Below are positions 26,762-35,885 of a stretch of DNA of 64,000 bases, one piece after another; within the stretch, counting starts at the first letter, position 1; the number at the start of each line of letters is the position of its first letter. Under the pieces are notes generated by a model. The model was not told the origin of the DNA and made no database searches. It saw only the letters and a program-made list of their open reading frames with translations. The stretch comes from an uncultured Vicinamibacteraceae bacterium (GTDB lineage: Bacteria > Acidobacteriota > Vicinamibacteria > Vicinamibacterales > UBA8438): assembly GCA_964507425.1 (NCBI GenBank), contig CAZDQD010000036.1:3848-67847 (forward strand). Direction: 5' to 3'. The position numbers were made by a program, and so were the translations under genes.

Positions 26762-27619
26762 TCAGGACCCGTGTTTTCCGATCACGGTGAGGTTGTCCCA
26801 AGCGGCCGAGGTTGGGGGCACTAGAATTTCCCAAGCAGTATCCTTCATAAATGCACCAAAATTCGACCGTTCGCAACCCCATAACCACGGCTCGCCGCGC
26901 GCCGCTAACCTCCGAAGCGTCTTGTCCGTCTTGGGGCCCGCTTCAGCACGGTTTTCCGCCTCCCTCCAGCCGACGAAGGTTAAAGCGAACTCAGTTCCGG
27001 TCCCCGTCTCTCGACTCACGGCGTCGAGCATTTCCCGAACAGCGCGTTCGGGAAGATACTGGGTTAAGCCCTCAGCTGCAACAAAGGACATCGCAGACGC
27101 ATCCCAGTTCCGCTCCTCCGCAAGGCGCTTCGCAAGCGACGTCACAGCGAAATCTGCCGCAACAAATTCCACGTTCGGGGGTCTGCCAATCGATTCGACC
27201 CCCTGGCGCTTGGCCTGCGAGGTCGCCGGATGGTCGACCTCGAAAAAGGAAACGTCGGGAAACTCCGGCCCGAGACGTTGGCACAGTAAGTCGTAACCTG
27301 CCCCTAGGACTAGCACCTGAGCGGCCCCATTTGCGATCGACTTCCTCGCCTGAGTCTCAAAAAATTGCTTCCGCGTACCGAATGCGGCGAACTGGCCTGG
27401 CAGACCAGCCAGGTCGAACGAGCGTCGAATCCCTCGTGCAGTCCACGGGTTTCTCCACACCCACGCACCGATCGAGGTCATCTGTCCGCTCGCGCACAAC
27501 AGCTTGACGAGTTGGTCCGCATAGTCGGACTCGACTGCACCTTTGTGCGACGGATGAGCCGAAAGTGAAAGCAAACTCAACGCCACTGTAAGGGCGGTCT
27601 GGCTCGGTGAGTCTCGCAT
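26762..27619 (-). CDS. Class I SAM-dependent methyltransferase (leucine carboxyl / O-methyltransferase TIGR00027-like family)
   Basis: SQTALTVAL...; QVLVLGAGYDLLCQRL (SAM motif I region); FFEVDHP; FVAAEGLTQYL. I prefer the start at Met-98 of the track ORF (ATG at 27619). Upstream codons run out of frame through a hydrolase relic. Confidence 0.65.
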   Translation of the reverse strand: MRDSPSQTALTVALSLLSLSAHPSHKGAVESDYADQLVKLLCASGQMTSIGAWVWRNPWTARGIRRSFDLAGLPGQFAAFGTRKQFFETQARKSIANGAAQVLVLGAGYDLLCQRLGPEFPDVSFFEVDHPATSQAKRQGVESIGRPPNVEFVAADFAVTSLAKRLAEERNWDASAMSFVAAEGLTQYLPERAVREMLDAVSRETGTGTEFALTFVGWREAENRAEAGPKTDKTLRRLAARGEPWLWGCERSNFGAFMKDTAWEILVPPTSAAWDNLTVIGKHGS

Positions 27620-27725
27620 CGTGTTTCTCAAAACCCCGATTCGGTACCAACATGTATCGTGGGCCCAGGCTTCGTTTTCGGCCTTGGACTTGGGTTCAAG
27701 GCTCTGACCGATCGTGACTTCCAGT

Positions 27726-27908
27726 CTAGGGCAAGAGCTGCTGCTCGGCCAGGAACCCTCGAATCGCCGCAAATACCGAACGGCTTTCCTCCAGACTGAC
27801 GCCCCCGTGACCGCCGCCGGCGACGGTGTGCAATTGACTGACGCCCCCCTTGGCTTTAAGCGCCTCGTGCAGATCAACGCCATGCTGATACGGAACGATT
27901 GGGTCCGC
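27726..27908 (-). pseudogene. C-terminal relic of an alpha/beta hydrolase (dienelactone hydrolase / peptidase S9-type tail)
   Basis: DPIVPYQHGVDLHEALKAKGGVSQLHTVAGGGHGG...IRGFLAEQ is a typical Asp...His tail of an alpha/beta hydrolase. The nucleophile-bearing N-terminal part is missing. Confidence 0.5.
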
Positions 27909-27923
27909 ATCGTCGGTGTCGGA

Positions 27924-28100
27924 CTGGGCCAGCGAATCCTTGTACCGGATGTCGGGGTTCTTGATGCCGTGGAGCAGCATATTCATGCTCCCGATCCGCA
28001 GCATGGTGCTATCGAAGTCGAACCCGTGAAAAGTTTCGGCGCGGAAGCGGGCGCGACTCGCCGCCGTTTTGAACACCGTGTCGCTAATGAGGCTGAGTCT
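27924..28100 (-). pseudogene. hsdM: Internal relic of a type I restriction-modification methylase gene (hsdM)
   Basis: FHGFDFDSTMLRIGSMNMLLHGIKNPDIRYKDSL matches the conserved region of N6-adenine HsdM subunits. About 60 codons remain, read in the same frame as the hydrolase relic. There is no hsdS or hsdR nearby. Confidence 0.6.
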
Positions 28101-28128
28101 TTCGACCCAGCCCCTGAGTGTTGTGTTA

Positions 28129-28878
28129 CTAGACCTGCGCCAATCCACCGTCAGCGGCAATGTTGGCACCTGTTACGAAAGAAGAATCATCCGACGCGAG
28201 GAAAACGGCGACCGTGGCAATTTCATCAGGTTCCCCAATACGCTGCAACGGGACCATGGCAGTAATTGCCTCTTTGGTTGGTCCGACTTCTTCTTCAGGG
28301 AGACCCATCCGGTCGTAGACGGGTGTTTCAATGGGACCAGGGCTGAGACAATTCACGCGGATGCCCCGTGGTGCGAGTTCCGCTGCCAGAGAACGCGCGA
28401 GGGAACGTATTGCAGCTTTTGTCGCACTGTAAACTGAAAAGCCTGGAATCCCTTTCAGATTGGCACCGGACGAAATTACCACAATATTCGTGCCACTCTG
28501 CATCAGTGGGAGGGCCTTCTGAATAGTGAAGTACGCGCCTTTCCAATTACTTTCATTCATTTCATCGAACAAATCTTCGTCAACTTGGTCGATAGGGCAC
28601 ACTTTGCCGCCTCCAGCGTTCACCACAAGCGTGTCGATCCTGCCAAAGCGTTCTTTCACTTGAGTAAACAAATTGTTGAGGTCAGACATCGAGCGAACGT
28701 CACCCTTAACAGCCAATGTGCCATCACCTACTTCAGTCGATGCAGCATTCAAAGTCACTTCATTTCGCCCGGAGATAGCTACTGACGCGCCCTCTTGCTT
28801 GAACATTTTCGCGATGGCGAGACCTATACCGCTGTTGCCGCCTGTTACCACGGCGACTTTTCCGTCGAGTTTGCCCAT
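28129..28878 (-). CDS. SDR-family oxidoreductase
   Basis: KVAVVTGGNSGIGLAIA (TGxxxGxG), NAGG, and YSATKAA (YxxxK). Confidence 0.9.
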   Translation of the reverse strand: MGKLDGKVAVVTGGNSGIGLAIAKMFKQEGASVAISGRNEVTLNAASTEVGDGTLAVKGDVRSMSDLNNLFTQVKERFGRIDTLVVNAGGGKVCPIDQVDEDLFDEMNESNWKGAYFTIQKALPLMQSGTNIVVISSGANLKGIPGFSVYSATKAAIRSLARSLAAELAPRGIRVNCLSPGPIETPVYDRMGLPEEEVGPTKEAITAMVPLQRIGEPDEIATVAVFLASDDSSFVTGANIAADGGLAQV

Positions 28879-28941
28879 CGGTGTTGATCTCCTGTTGTTG
28901 AGGCGTCTTATTTAAATACCAGTCTGAAAAATTTCAGAGTG

Positions 28942-29034
<93 letters not shown>

Positions 29035-29277
29035 TTAACCAGACCTCTTTGTGCCGACGCCATCACGCGAACGGCAGCCCCCTAGAATATCGCACGCGCC
29101 TCTGTGCTGGAAACCCGGCACGTGTGTCTTCCTTGGAATATCGGGACGTAGACTACTGCCGATAAAGCGTCAGCCGGGTGTGCAGGTTGCGGCAATACCT
29201 CATGACGGAACTCACTTGAGTCGGTTTCTACGTCTGGTCCAGTCAGGCTAATTTCGTGGTGCGGGGCGCCAAGGTTA

Positions 29278-30243
29278 CTAGAGCGCTTCTGGCTCAGTTT
29301 CCCAGTTGAGATAAATCTCCTCTGGAAGGAAATACATATGCACCGTATACCGCCCATCTGTCGAACCGGCTTCGCCAAAGTGTAGAACGTGCATGTTATC
29401 AATCGGTGGAATGGGCAGACCATTCAACGGCATTGCCGGCCACGAAACACCCGCCTTCAGGTCCTCTTGATTAAAAACATATTCGATGAAGATAAGCTTG
29501 CCTGATGCCTCTCCGTAGACCAGCCCCTCATTACCGGTCGCGTCGGAAAGACGACTGACTGACGTCAGGTCAGTGTAATGACGCCCCATACCAGGACAGA
29601 AACGGGTCTCGGGATGGTGGTCACATGCGAACACCTCGAACTCGTCTGGAAGACTCGTGACCGACGGAAATTGACCAGTCTGCAACATCGGATACACCTC
29701 ATTCTCCGATGGCCGGAAGTGTAAAAGCAGTAGATACTGGTTGAACTCTTCGGTTTCACCTGCAACGAGGTCAACGGTTAAGAAGTGAGCGGCAGGAAAG
29801 TCCACCTCACGAATGGTCAATCCGTGAAAATTCTTACCCGCAACAAGATCGCCTTGCTGAATCAGATATCCGGCGGAAACGATAGAGTCATTCTCCACAC
29901 CGTAAAGCACACCCTGTGTTCGTATTCCCTTTGGATTCTTGGCCCATACGAGAGGACCATCGTAGCCGTTGTAGTGGTCTCCGTCGTCAATACGAAAAGC
30001 GGGTTGATCGCTCGCGGCATAGAACATGCCTCGACCCGCCAACTCACCGACAGGACGATAATCTTGTGGAAGTGCCGTTACTGGCGGCAGAAATGGTAGT
30101 GAGGCTACATCCTCCCCAACAGCATCTTGGCCCACAGCAACCGGTTCACTCACGTCATCTGACGCCGTACACCCAACGAGAGCAACCGCGATAACGCAAC
30201 ACCATAAAAACATTCGCAGTTGATTTGCCTGAAGCGTGCTCAA
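29278..30243 (-). CDS. Lipoprotein of unknown function with an internal two-module duplication
   Basis: Lipobox LVGC. TTG start preceded by GGAGGTG. The two halves share G(V/L)(L/V)YG...Y(L/V)..Q.DL.AG. Confidence 0.5.
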   Translation of the reverse strand: MSTLQANQLRMFLWCCVIAVALVGCTASDDVSEPVAVGQDAVGEDVASLPFLPPVTALPQDYRPVGELAGRGMFYAASDQPAFRIDDGDHYNGYDGPLVWAKNPKGIRTQGVLYGVENDSIVSAGYLIQQGDLVAGKNFHGLTIREVDFPAAHFLTVDLVAGETEEFNQYLLLLHFRPSENEVYPMLQTGQFPSVTSLPDEFEVFACDHHPETRFCPGMGRHYTDLTSVSRLSDATGNEGLVYGEASGKLIFIEYVFNQEDLKAGVSWPAMPLNGLPIPPIDNMHVLHFGEAGSTDGRYTVHMYFLPEEIYLNWETEPEAL

Positions 30244-30427
30244 AATCCACCTCCGTTGATCGAACTAGATACCAGAATAATAACGACAGTCTCGCTTTTT
30301 AGCCTTTTAGGTCTCAACACAACAAGTGGGTTCCGCTCGTGTTGTTACATCACGGGTGTTCTACTTGACAGAAAGAAGACGATGACTAAGAACCGGCAGC
30401 TCTGAAAAGACCGCGGAGAGGTTACTG

Positions 30428-31759
30428 CTATTGGATGACCCACAGTTCACGTTGTGGGCCGGACAAATATTCTATGTTTCCATCGCTATGCACGATGGTG
30501 TCTTCCTCGCGCATGATCGTAATTGCTTGATTATTCCATTCCGGAACCGTTGTGGTTATAGAAAATTCTAACGAGATCCAGTCACCCGCGCGAAGCGGAA
30601 ATCGTGGGTGGGCGCCGTAACGTTCGGGCCAATCGAACGTCATCCAGACGCCGGCGTCGTGTACCCAGTTTCCCTGCGCATGTGAGTACATTAGGGCATC
30701 GATACCCTCATCAGCGGCACGTGATTCAGCAGACGTTTTGATGGCGCTTCCCGTACGGCCAACTCTGAATTCCTCAAGTGCGATAGCTGCCATCCGTTCC
30801 GACTGTGCGAAGGCCCTTTGCAGGCCGACGGGAATTTCTGTTTCATTTGGGTGCAGCACGTAGGCCATCTTTTGTTGGTCGGCAACAATGCCTGAACTCC
30901 GCACACCGAAATCGACATGTAACAGGTCGCCATGCGTGATCACGCTATCCGTGCCGTCATTAATCAGGTCTGACCCCACGCGTTGGAGGTCGACCGATGC
31001 AGGAAAGTTAAATTCGAAGCCTTGCCGTTTCCACTCAGCCGTAATCCAGTAGTGGACGTCCAGTAGCGTTGTACGGCCCGGTTCAATAACCTCGTTAGAC
31101 AGCGCCCGACGCAAAATTGCATATGTGGCGTTGCTGGCTTCACGTTCGATGGTTTCCTCGGCTGACGTGTGTGACGACACGTAGTCGATTACCAGTGGTT
31201 CGGACGAGACCAGCCGATTTCGATGTTCAGGTGCCAGTGTCTCGATGAGGTAACTCTTCAATTCGGCGGTGAGCCCGTCCGCCATACTGATGGTTCGCGA
31301 TTGGTTAATGGCAATCCTGTCTGGGTTTCGCGCGCTGACATAGCGCTCGAGATGTGGAGCGAGCCCTTCCTCGCCGTAGATAAACCTCGTACTAAAAAAA
31401 CGGGCGAGATGGTCGCTCAAATGTGTCCCAATGGCCGTCGTTTCAAGTTCACCATCTTCAGGAGCGTAGAAAAGATAGGCGTTACGCTGGCCGTACCATC
31501 CGGTTATGCCGTAGCCACCGAACAGCTCAAGCAGTGGATCGGGGGCATTTTCTCGACTGAGGATGATCCACAGGTCAATGTCATGTGCCTGCATGGCGGG
31601 AAGCAAATGTTGAGACATTTTTTCTGCCTTAACAGTCCATTCCCGTTCAGTGCGAGCACGCACAAGAGCAGGTGTGATTTGTGCGACTAGCTGAGCACAG
31701 GTACAAACCCAAACGGATACGATCAGAATAGTTCGTATTGCAGCCAATTTAATGTCCAC
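30428..31759 (-). CDS. M24-family metallopeptidase-like protein (Xaa-Pro peptidase / creatinase fold), exported
   Basis: Signal-like N-terminus. The C-terminal half has the pita-bread pattern (HGDLLHVDFGV..., YSHAQGNWVHD..., ISLEFS..., IMREEDTIV). GTG start. Confidence 0.5.
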   Translation of the reverse strand: MDIKLAAIRTILIVSVWVCTCAQLVAQITPALVRARTEREWTVKAEKMSQHLLPAMQAHDIDLWIILSRENAPDPLLELFGGYGITGWYGQRNAYLFYAPEDGELETTAIGTHLSDHLARFFSTRFIYGEEGLAPHLERYVSARNPDRIAINQSRTISMADGLTAELKSYLIETLAPEHRNRLVSSEPLVIDYVSSHTSAEETIEREASNATYAILRRALSNEVIEPGRTTLLDVHYWITAEWKRQGFEFNFPASVDLQRVGSDLINDGTDSVITHGDLLHVDFGVRSSGIVADQQKMAYVLHPNETEIPVGLQRAFAQSERMAAIALEEFRVGRTGSAIKTSAESRAADEGIDALMYSHAQGNWVHDAGVWMTFDWPERYGAHPRFPLRAGDWISLEFSITTTVPEWNNQAITIMREEDTIVHSDGNIEYLSGPQRELWVIQ

Positions 31760-31783
31760 GTGGGGCGACGAAGCTATTTAATC

Positions 31784-32914
31784 TTATTGCGTGTAAGTAA
31801 TTCGGTAAATTGTGTTGGCGGTGTCATCGCTGACCAGTAACGCGCCGTCTGGCATCACTTGTACATCGACAGGGCGGCCCCACGCTTCATTGTTATCTTG
31901 CAGCCAACCCTCGGCAAAGACGTCGTAGCCTACGACTTGGTTTCCATCGAGTCGTGCAACGGTTAACCGATAGCCCGTATGACCCGCTTCTGCTGTGCGA
32001 TTCCATGAGCCATGTTCAGCGATAAAAATTTCATTGCGATACGACCCTGGAAACATGTTGCCCGTGTAGAACTCCATGCCGAGTGACGCCACGTGTGGCC
32101 CGAGACGCTGGGCTGGCGGACGAAACTCGCTACACGGTCTGGTGTTGAATTCAGGGTCCTGAATGTTGCCCTGGTGGCAAAACGGGAAACCAAAATGCAA
32201 GCCAGTACTCGGTGCGTGGTGCAAGGTGTCGGCGGGTTCTGTATCACCGAGCCTGTCACGTCCGTTGTTGGTAAACCACAATTCGTCGGTGGTTGGGTGC
32301 CAGTCAAATCCGACGGAGTTGCGAACTCCGTGAGCGTAGATCGTCAGGTCGGAGCCATCCGGCTGCATACTCAGGATGGTCGCAAACCGAGGGTCTGTTT
32401 CTTCGTTGTCACAGATATTGCATGGCGCCCCGACTGGAACGTACAGGCGGCCGTCCGGACCGAAATCAATGAATTTCCATCCATGCGCCCGTTCGGTCGG
32501 TAGCGTGTCGTTAACTACGACGGGCTCCGGGGGTGCCGTGAGTTGTGATTCGATTTCGTCATATCGCAAGATGCGGTTTATCTCTGCGACGTATAACGAC
32601 CCATTTCGAAAGGCTACACCGTTTGGCATGTTAAGACCGCTGTCAAGCGTGAGCACACGGTCAGCAGTCTGATCGCCGTTATCATCCACGACGGCATAAA
32701 CATTGCCAGCCTGTCGTGTGCTCACAAACAAGGTTCCATTTGGACTAAGTGCCATTTGGCGAGCGTTAGGGACGTTAGCGGCGTACACCTCAATCGAAAA
32801 TCCTGGCGGTAGTGTCAGTCTTTCAAGTGGTGGTTCGCTCGGTCCAGTCTGTGCGAGAAGTACTGAGCTACACGTGACTACAAGGATGGAGACGGCTAGC
32901 CGCTTTATGGTCAT
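31784..32914 (-). CDS. PQQ-dependent sugar dehydrogenase (soluble glucose/sorbosone dehydrogenase, YliI-like)
   Basis: Signal peptide. PNGVAF.NGSLYVAE, HGWKFIDFGPDGRLYVPVGAPCNIC, HGVRNSVGFDWHP.TDELWFTNNGRD. AAGGAAG SD. Confidence 0.75.
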   Translation of the reverse strand: MTIKRLAVSILVVTCSSVLLAQTGPSEPPLERLTLPPGFSIEVYAANVPNARQMALSPNGTLFVSTRQAGNVYAVVDDNGDQTADRVLTLDSGLNMPNGVAFRNGSLYVAEINRILRYDEIESQLTAPPEPVVVNDTLPTERAHGWKFIDFGPDGRLYVPVGAPCNICDNEETDPRFATILSMQPDGSDLTIYAHGVRNSVGFDWHPTTDELWFTNNGRDRLGDTEPADTLHHAPSTGLHFGFPFCHQGNIQDPEFNTRPCSEFRPPAQRLGPHVASLGMEFYTGNMFPGSYRNEIFIAEHGSWNRTAEAGHTGYRLTVARLDGNQVVGYDVFAEGWLQDNNEAWGRPVDVQVMPDGALLVSDDTANTIYRITYTQ

Positions 32915-32933
32915 TTGTTGTCTTCCTTAGACG

Positions 32934-35849
32934 TTAATACCGAAACAGGTATTGCATTTTCATAAAGATTGCACGATTTGTTTGTTGATAGGCGGTGGTC
33001 ATCGGAAAAAACGGCTCGTCAATTCCATCACCATCGATATCACCCAATAAATGGTCGGCCTGCTGATAGTGGTCGTCGTACCCGAGATAGAACGCCGTGC
33101 CTGCATTTAATCGATAGGTGCCGAGCCAGTTCATACCAACCGTCTCTGCGAACGTGTTGTACTCCGCGATACTTCGGACCGAAAATCGGTCCGTGAATTG
33201 ATAGGTACTCAGTGCGCGTAGGATCTTCACGTCGAACAACAATTCATCTCCGGTACGAGCATCGATAAAGTCGCTGGTGCTCAGATTGATTTCCGATTGA
33301 AATCTTGAAACCGGACGTGCTGTTGCGTAGAAACTTCCAGTACTGCCGCGTCCCAGAAACGGGGTGTCCGTGTAGCGAACTTCGTCACCGTAGCGATAGT
33401 AGCCACCGATGCCGAAGCGACGGCTCGTATTTATCTGTCCCCCGAGTGAGACCGCTTCTTTTTCAAAGTTAATTCCGCCGTATCTTTCCATTTCGTCTCT
33501 GAACGAAGCGTTAACACTGATATTTCGAGCAAAAGTCGCATCAACCCCCAAACGAACCTCTTCGTCCTCAAACACGTTGTTGAAATTATGGTTCCAACTG
33601 TACCGCACGGCTGGTCCCCAGTTGATTAGCCAACTTTCGGGCCAAAAGGTATAGCCGAGTCGAGTAAACCCTCGTTTCTGGTCGACTCGACGGACAAAGC
33701 CGACGTCGGTACGAAAGTCAGGCGACAGTGTGTAGATGGATGCGAAACTGCTCCAATGACGGCTGTTTAACCGCCATGAGAGGTTGAACATTTGTCCTTG
33801 ACGTTCAATGCCGTCAAGGTCTCGATGGTCGGTCTGGACGGCTTTGAACGCTAGGCCTTGTGTCTGGCCTATTCGAAAATTGCCGTCTAAGCCTCCGAGG
33901 GTGCTATGACTTTCCATGAAATCGCGATGCGTCACAATTGCGCCAACAAAGGACTCCGCGTACAGGTCATATCGCGCACGCCCAACAACGTTGTTTGCCT
34001 TCTGGCCGAAAGACGCGTCCTTTGTGCTGGCGGTTCGGCCTGGCGCTTCGTCGTTTGCAACCATCATTCCAATGGTCGTGTTCCCAACTTTTCCCGTTAT
34101 CTTTCCCCCAAATTCTGGGTCAACAATGGTTCGTGTGTTTACGAACGTCACTAACCCTGGTGATGGAGAAAAAATTTCGGCACCTTCCAGAAAGAAGGGA
34201 CGCAGCTCTGGATAAAAAAGTGCGTACCGTTGGTTAACCTCTATTTGGGGAAGGTCAGACTCGATCTGTGAGAAGTCGGGATTGTACGTAAAGTCGGCCG
34301 TAAGATTTGATGTGATGCCGTACTTTACGTTGACACCACCCTCTGGAGTAGGGTCGCCGTCACTAAAGACCCCTTGGGCGTCGAGTGAGCCAAATTGCGT
34401 TGCCGTAAACGTGGGCATGATCTCGAGGTTTCTGCTGAGCGACAGATTCGTCATACCTTCAAGTAGTCCTACTTGAGTGAGAAAACCGGAGACGTTTCTC
34501 GTGATCGGTGCCCAAACCTGAAACTCATCTTTACTACGAACTTCTCGGACGATCTGAAAGCCCCATCGGTGTGGAATGCCAGTCTCACGTTGTGGATAGC
34601 GGAGACTCTTAAATGGGATGGCGACCTCGACCGTGTAGCCATCATCCACAATCTGACCATCACTGTCGAATAAGGCATCCCACGATGAATCTCCAGCCGG
34701 AATGCTATTCCGGTAGAAGCTACCACTACTGCCCGTTCGGCGACGGCGACCACCACTGCGGCCTGAACCACGTGCGTTCACAATGGCATCGCCCTGCACG
34801 CCGTAGCCATTAACGGAGAAGCGGTAGGCACGTTGCTGGTCTAGAAAGGTGTCAAAGAAAAATGCGATATTGTCATCATCAAACGCCTGATCGCGGTCAA
34901 CTCGATTTGCCCGCATGATATCGGGGTCTGCGTAGTGTGCGTGCACAGCAACGTAGATGTTCTGGCTATCGTAGGTTAGCCACACGTCGGTATCTTCTGT
35001 TGCAGGTGCCCCTTCTATTGGATTTTGTTGAACGAATTCGGTTAGATGTAGTGCGTCTCGCCAGGCAGCGTCATCGAGACGGCCATCGATCTGTGGTCGG
35101 GTGCTGGAGCGAGCAGGACGTATTGTTGGGCGGCCTGTAAGAATGCCAACGCCTTCTGCGACTCCGAATCCGGCTGTTTGTTCAGGGTTCTCGACGATTA
35201 GCCCACCCCCGGCCGGGTTCGACAACGGTGACGAAACAAATTCACCGGAAGCAACGTTCTCGGTTGGTGGGAGCCGCGTGACCAGTTCTGCCGTCGACGG
35301 CGCGTTGCTTAGTGACAGCAGACCGGTGGTGAGCGCTACAGCAATCTCATCCTGCAATGAAAAAATGTCGGAGACAGATCCGTCGACTTTGACTACGTTT
35401 TGAATACTTCCGTCCCTAGCACTAAGGATACGTGCGGTGATACGAAGTTGCTCTCCGAGCTTTTGGTAGCTACCGCTTACTAGCCACCCGGCGCCACGCC
35501 TCTGACTACGGTCCAGCAACATTCGCTCCACAGTTGCGATGTCTATCTGGTTAGCAGCAGTAGTTTTCGTGATGGAATAGTCGTTAAGGTGCTGCAGGTC
35601 GACGAATAAGCTTTCAGCGATGCCTTGCCCGATCCATGAATCCGCGCGGTCGCCAGAAATGTTTAGGAACGGTGCGAGAATGACGCTGCGGAGATCAAGT
35701 TGCATAGCCGGTACCGATTCAAGGTCACCCTCTTGTTGGGCGTACATCGGCTCAGTCATGAAAGACATGAGAAAAAGCAAAATACACATAGCGGCACAGC
35801 GAGACTGTGTTCTAGAGTGCCTCGCGCGTAGCATTTTTAACGCCGACAT
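32934..35849 (-). CDS. 971-aa outer-membrane-type protein: N-terminal TolB-N-like (COG5616-type) domain, CBM9/DOMON-like domain and DUF5916-like beta-rich region
   Basis: Signal peptide. Residues about 53-178: VILAPFLNISGDRADSWIGQGIAESL...WLVSGSYQKLGEQLRITARIL...KVDGSVSDIFSLQDEIA. Then PQIDGRLDDAAWRDA...FDDDNIAFFFDTF...YRFSVN (CBM9-like). A long Gly/aromatic-rich region follows, ending ...MQYLFRY. Confidence 0.65.
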   Translation of the reverse strand: MSALKMLRARHSRTQSRCAAMCILLFLMSFMTEPMYAQQEGDLESVPAMQLDLRSVILAPFLNISGDRADSWIGQGIAESLFVDLQHLNDYSITKTTAANQIDIATVERMLLDRSQRRGAGWLVSGSYQKLGEQLRITARILSARDGSIQNVVKVDGSVSDIFSLQDEIAVALTTGLLSLSNAPSTAELVTRLPPTENVASGEFVSSPLSNPAGGGLIVENPEQTAGFGVAEGVGILTGRPTIRPARSSTRPQIDGRLDDAAWRDALHLTEFVQQNPIEGAPATEDTDVWLTYDSQNIYVAVHAHYADPDIMRANRVDRDQAFDDDNIAFFFDTFLDQQRAYRFSVNGYGVQGDAIVNARGSGRSGGRRRRTGSSGSFYRNSIPAGDSSWDALFDSDGQIVDDGYTVEVAIPFKSLRYPQRETGIPHRWGFQIVREVRSKDEFQVWAPITRNVSGFLTQVGLLEGMTNLSLSRNLEIMPTFTATQFGSLDAQGVFSDGDPTPEGGVNVKYGITSNLTADFTYNPDFSQIESDLPQIEVNQRYALFYPELRPFFLEGAEIFSPSPGLVTFVNTRTIVDPEFGGKITGKVGNTTIGMMVANDEAPGRTASTKDASFGQKANNVVGRARYDLYAESFVGAIVTHRDFMESHSTLGGLDGNFRIGQTQGLAFKAVQTDHRDLDGIERQGQMFNLSWRLNSRHWSSFASIYTLSPDFRTDVGFVRRVDQKRGFTRLGYTFWPESWLINWGPAVRYSWNHNFNNVFEDEEVRLGVDATFARNISVNASFRDEMERYGGINFEKEAVSLGGQINTSRRFGIGGYYRYGDEVRYTDTPFLGRGSTGSFYATARPVSRFQSEINLSTSDFIDARTGDELLFDVKILRALSTYQFTDRFSVRSIAEYNTFAETVGMNWLGTYRLNAGTAFYLGYDDHYQQADHLLGDIDGDGIDEPFFPMTTAYQQTNRAIFMKMQYLFRY
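35316..35693 (-). other. Protein-level domain copy 3: TolB-N-like domain at the N-terminus of the DUF5916 protein
   Basis: It shares the pattern h-h-h-x-F-x-N...G.AI...L...V.G.Q..G...R(I/V)TA(R/Q)(I/L)...KVDG...D...Q.E.A with the two copies in the adaptor tail. Confidence 0.6.
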
Positions 35850-35885
35850 GATTTATGGCTAATTTGTCTGATGCAACTTCAAGAC

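Noticed and set aside
26787-27507. 169-aa and 218-aa plus-strand ORFs
   Set aside because: They are antisense shadows of the methyltransferase gene, with Arg/Ser/Pro-rich composition and no motifs.
27620-27910. N-terminal 97 codons of the track ORF 26762-27910
   Set aside because: This part reads through the alpha/beta-hydrolase relic in a different frame and looks non-protein-like (CTRRLKPRGASVNCTPSP...). The methyltransferase homology begins after Met-98.
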